A stretch of 64,000 bases of DNA from the NCBI GenBank assembly GCA_013265495.1, contig MU058198.1, positions 7,269,779 to 7,333,778 of the forward strand. The letters are read 5' to 3'. How positions within the stretch are numbered: the stretch's first letter is position 1; every line of letters begins with the position of its first letter. A program made the translations under genes and the position numbers. The notes beneath the pieces are model-generated. The model did no database searches. It was given only the letters and a program-made list of their open reading frames with translations, and was not told the origin of the DNA. The DNA is from Vicugna vicugna (taxonomy: Eukaryota). This document shows, in pieces, positions 63,739 through 64,000 of this stretch.

Positions 63739-64000
63739 GGGCCCAACCCTACCCCTCCAGGGAGGGACGGTAGGGCTTCAGCCTCCGCCGCAGGGTGGTG
63801 GTGGGTTTCGGCCGGCCTAGGGGACCGGAAATAGCTTCGGATGGGATCGCTCTAGGACGACAGGAAACGGCCCGTTACGCTAACTCGGTGGTCCCAGGAC
63901 GGAGACATGAAGGCGTCCTCAGAAAAGATGGTGGCTCTCTGTCTTCCTTCTGTTTTAGAGGAAGGCATTTAACAGCTTCAGTGTCAGCCTGGTGTTGATG

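Overview
Mammalian genomic DNA. tRNA-Ala-derived Vic-1-type SINEs suggest a camelid (inference). The region is syntenic with the human 16p11.2 ITGAL-ZNF cluster. It contains a complete 31-exon ITGAL/CD11a gene (+, 1168 aa), ZNF768 (-, 2 coding exons, Pol II CTD-like heptads plus 10 C2H2 fingers) and an intact ZNF764-like KRAB-ZNF (-, 3 coding exons, 7 fingers). Two zinc-finger fossils are not called as such in the ORF track: a decayed 3-exon KRAB-ZNF paralogue at 61.7-63.7 kb (-) and a decayed C2H2 array at ~54.1-54.8 kb (+). Other notable items are a young U6 retrocopy with target-site duplication, two related MER41-like solo LTRs upstream of ITGAL, a perfect four-unit heat-shock element in ITGAL intron 17, exact and near-exact ZNF768 motifs in local MIRs, and a probable L1 3' transduction. 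I see no CRISPR or prokaryotic-type system. Family names and orthologue comparisons are from memory, not from database searches. Repeat boundaries are approximate.
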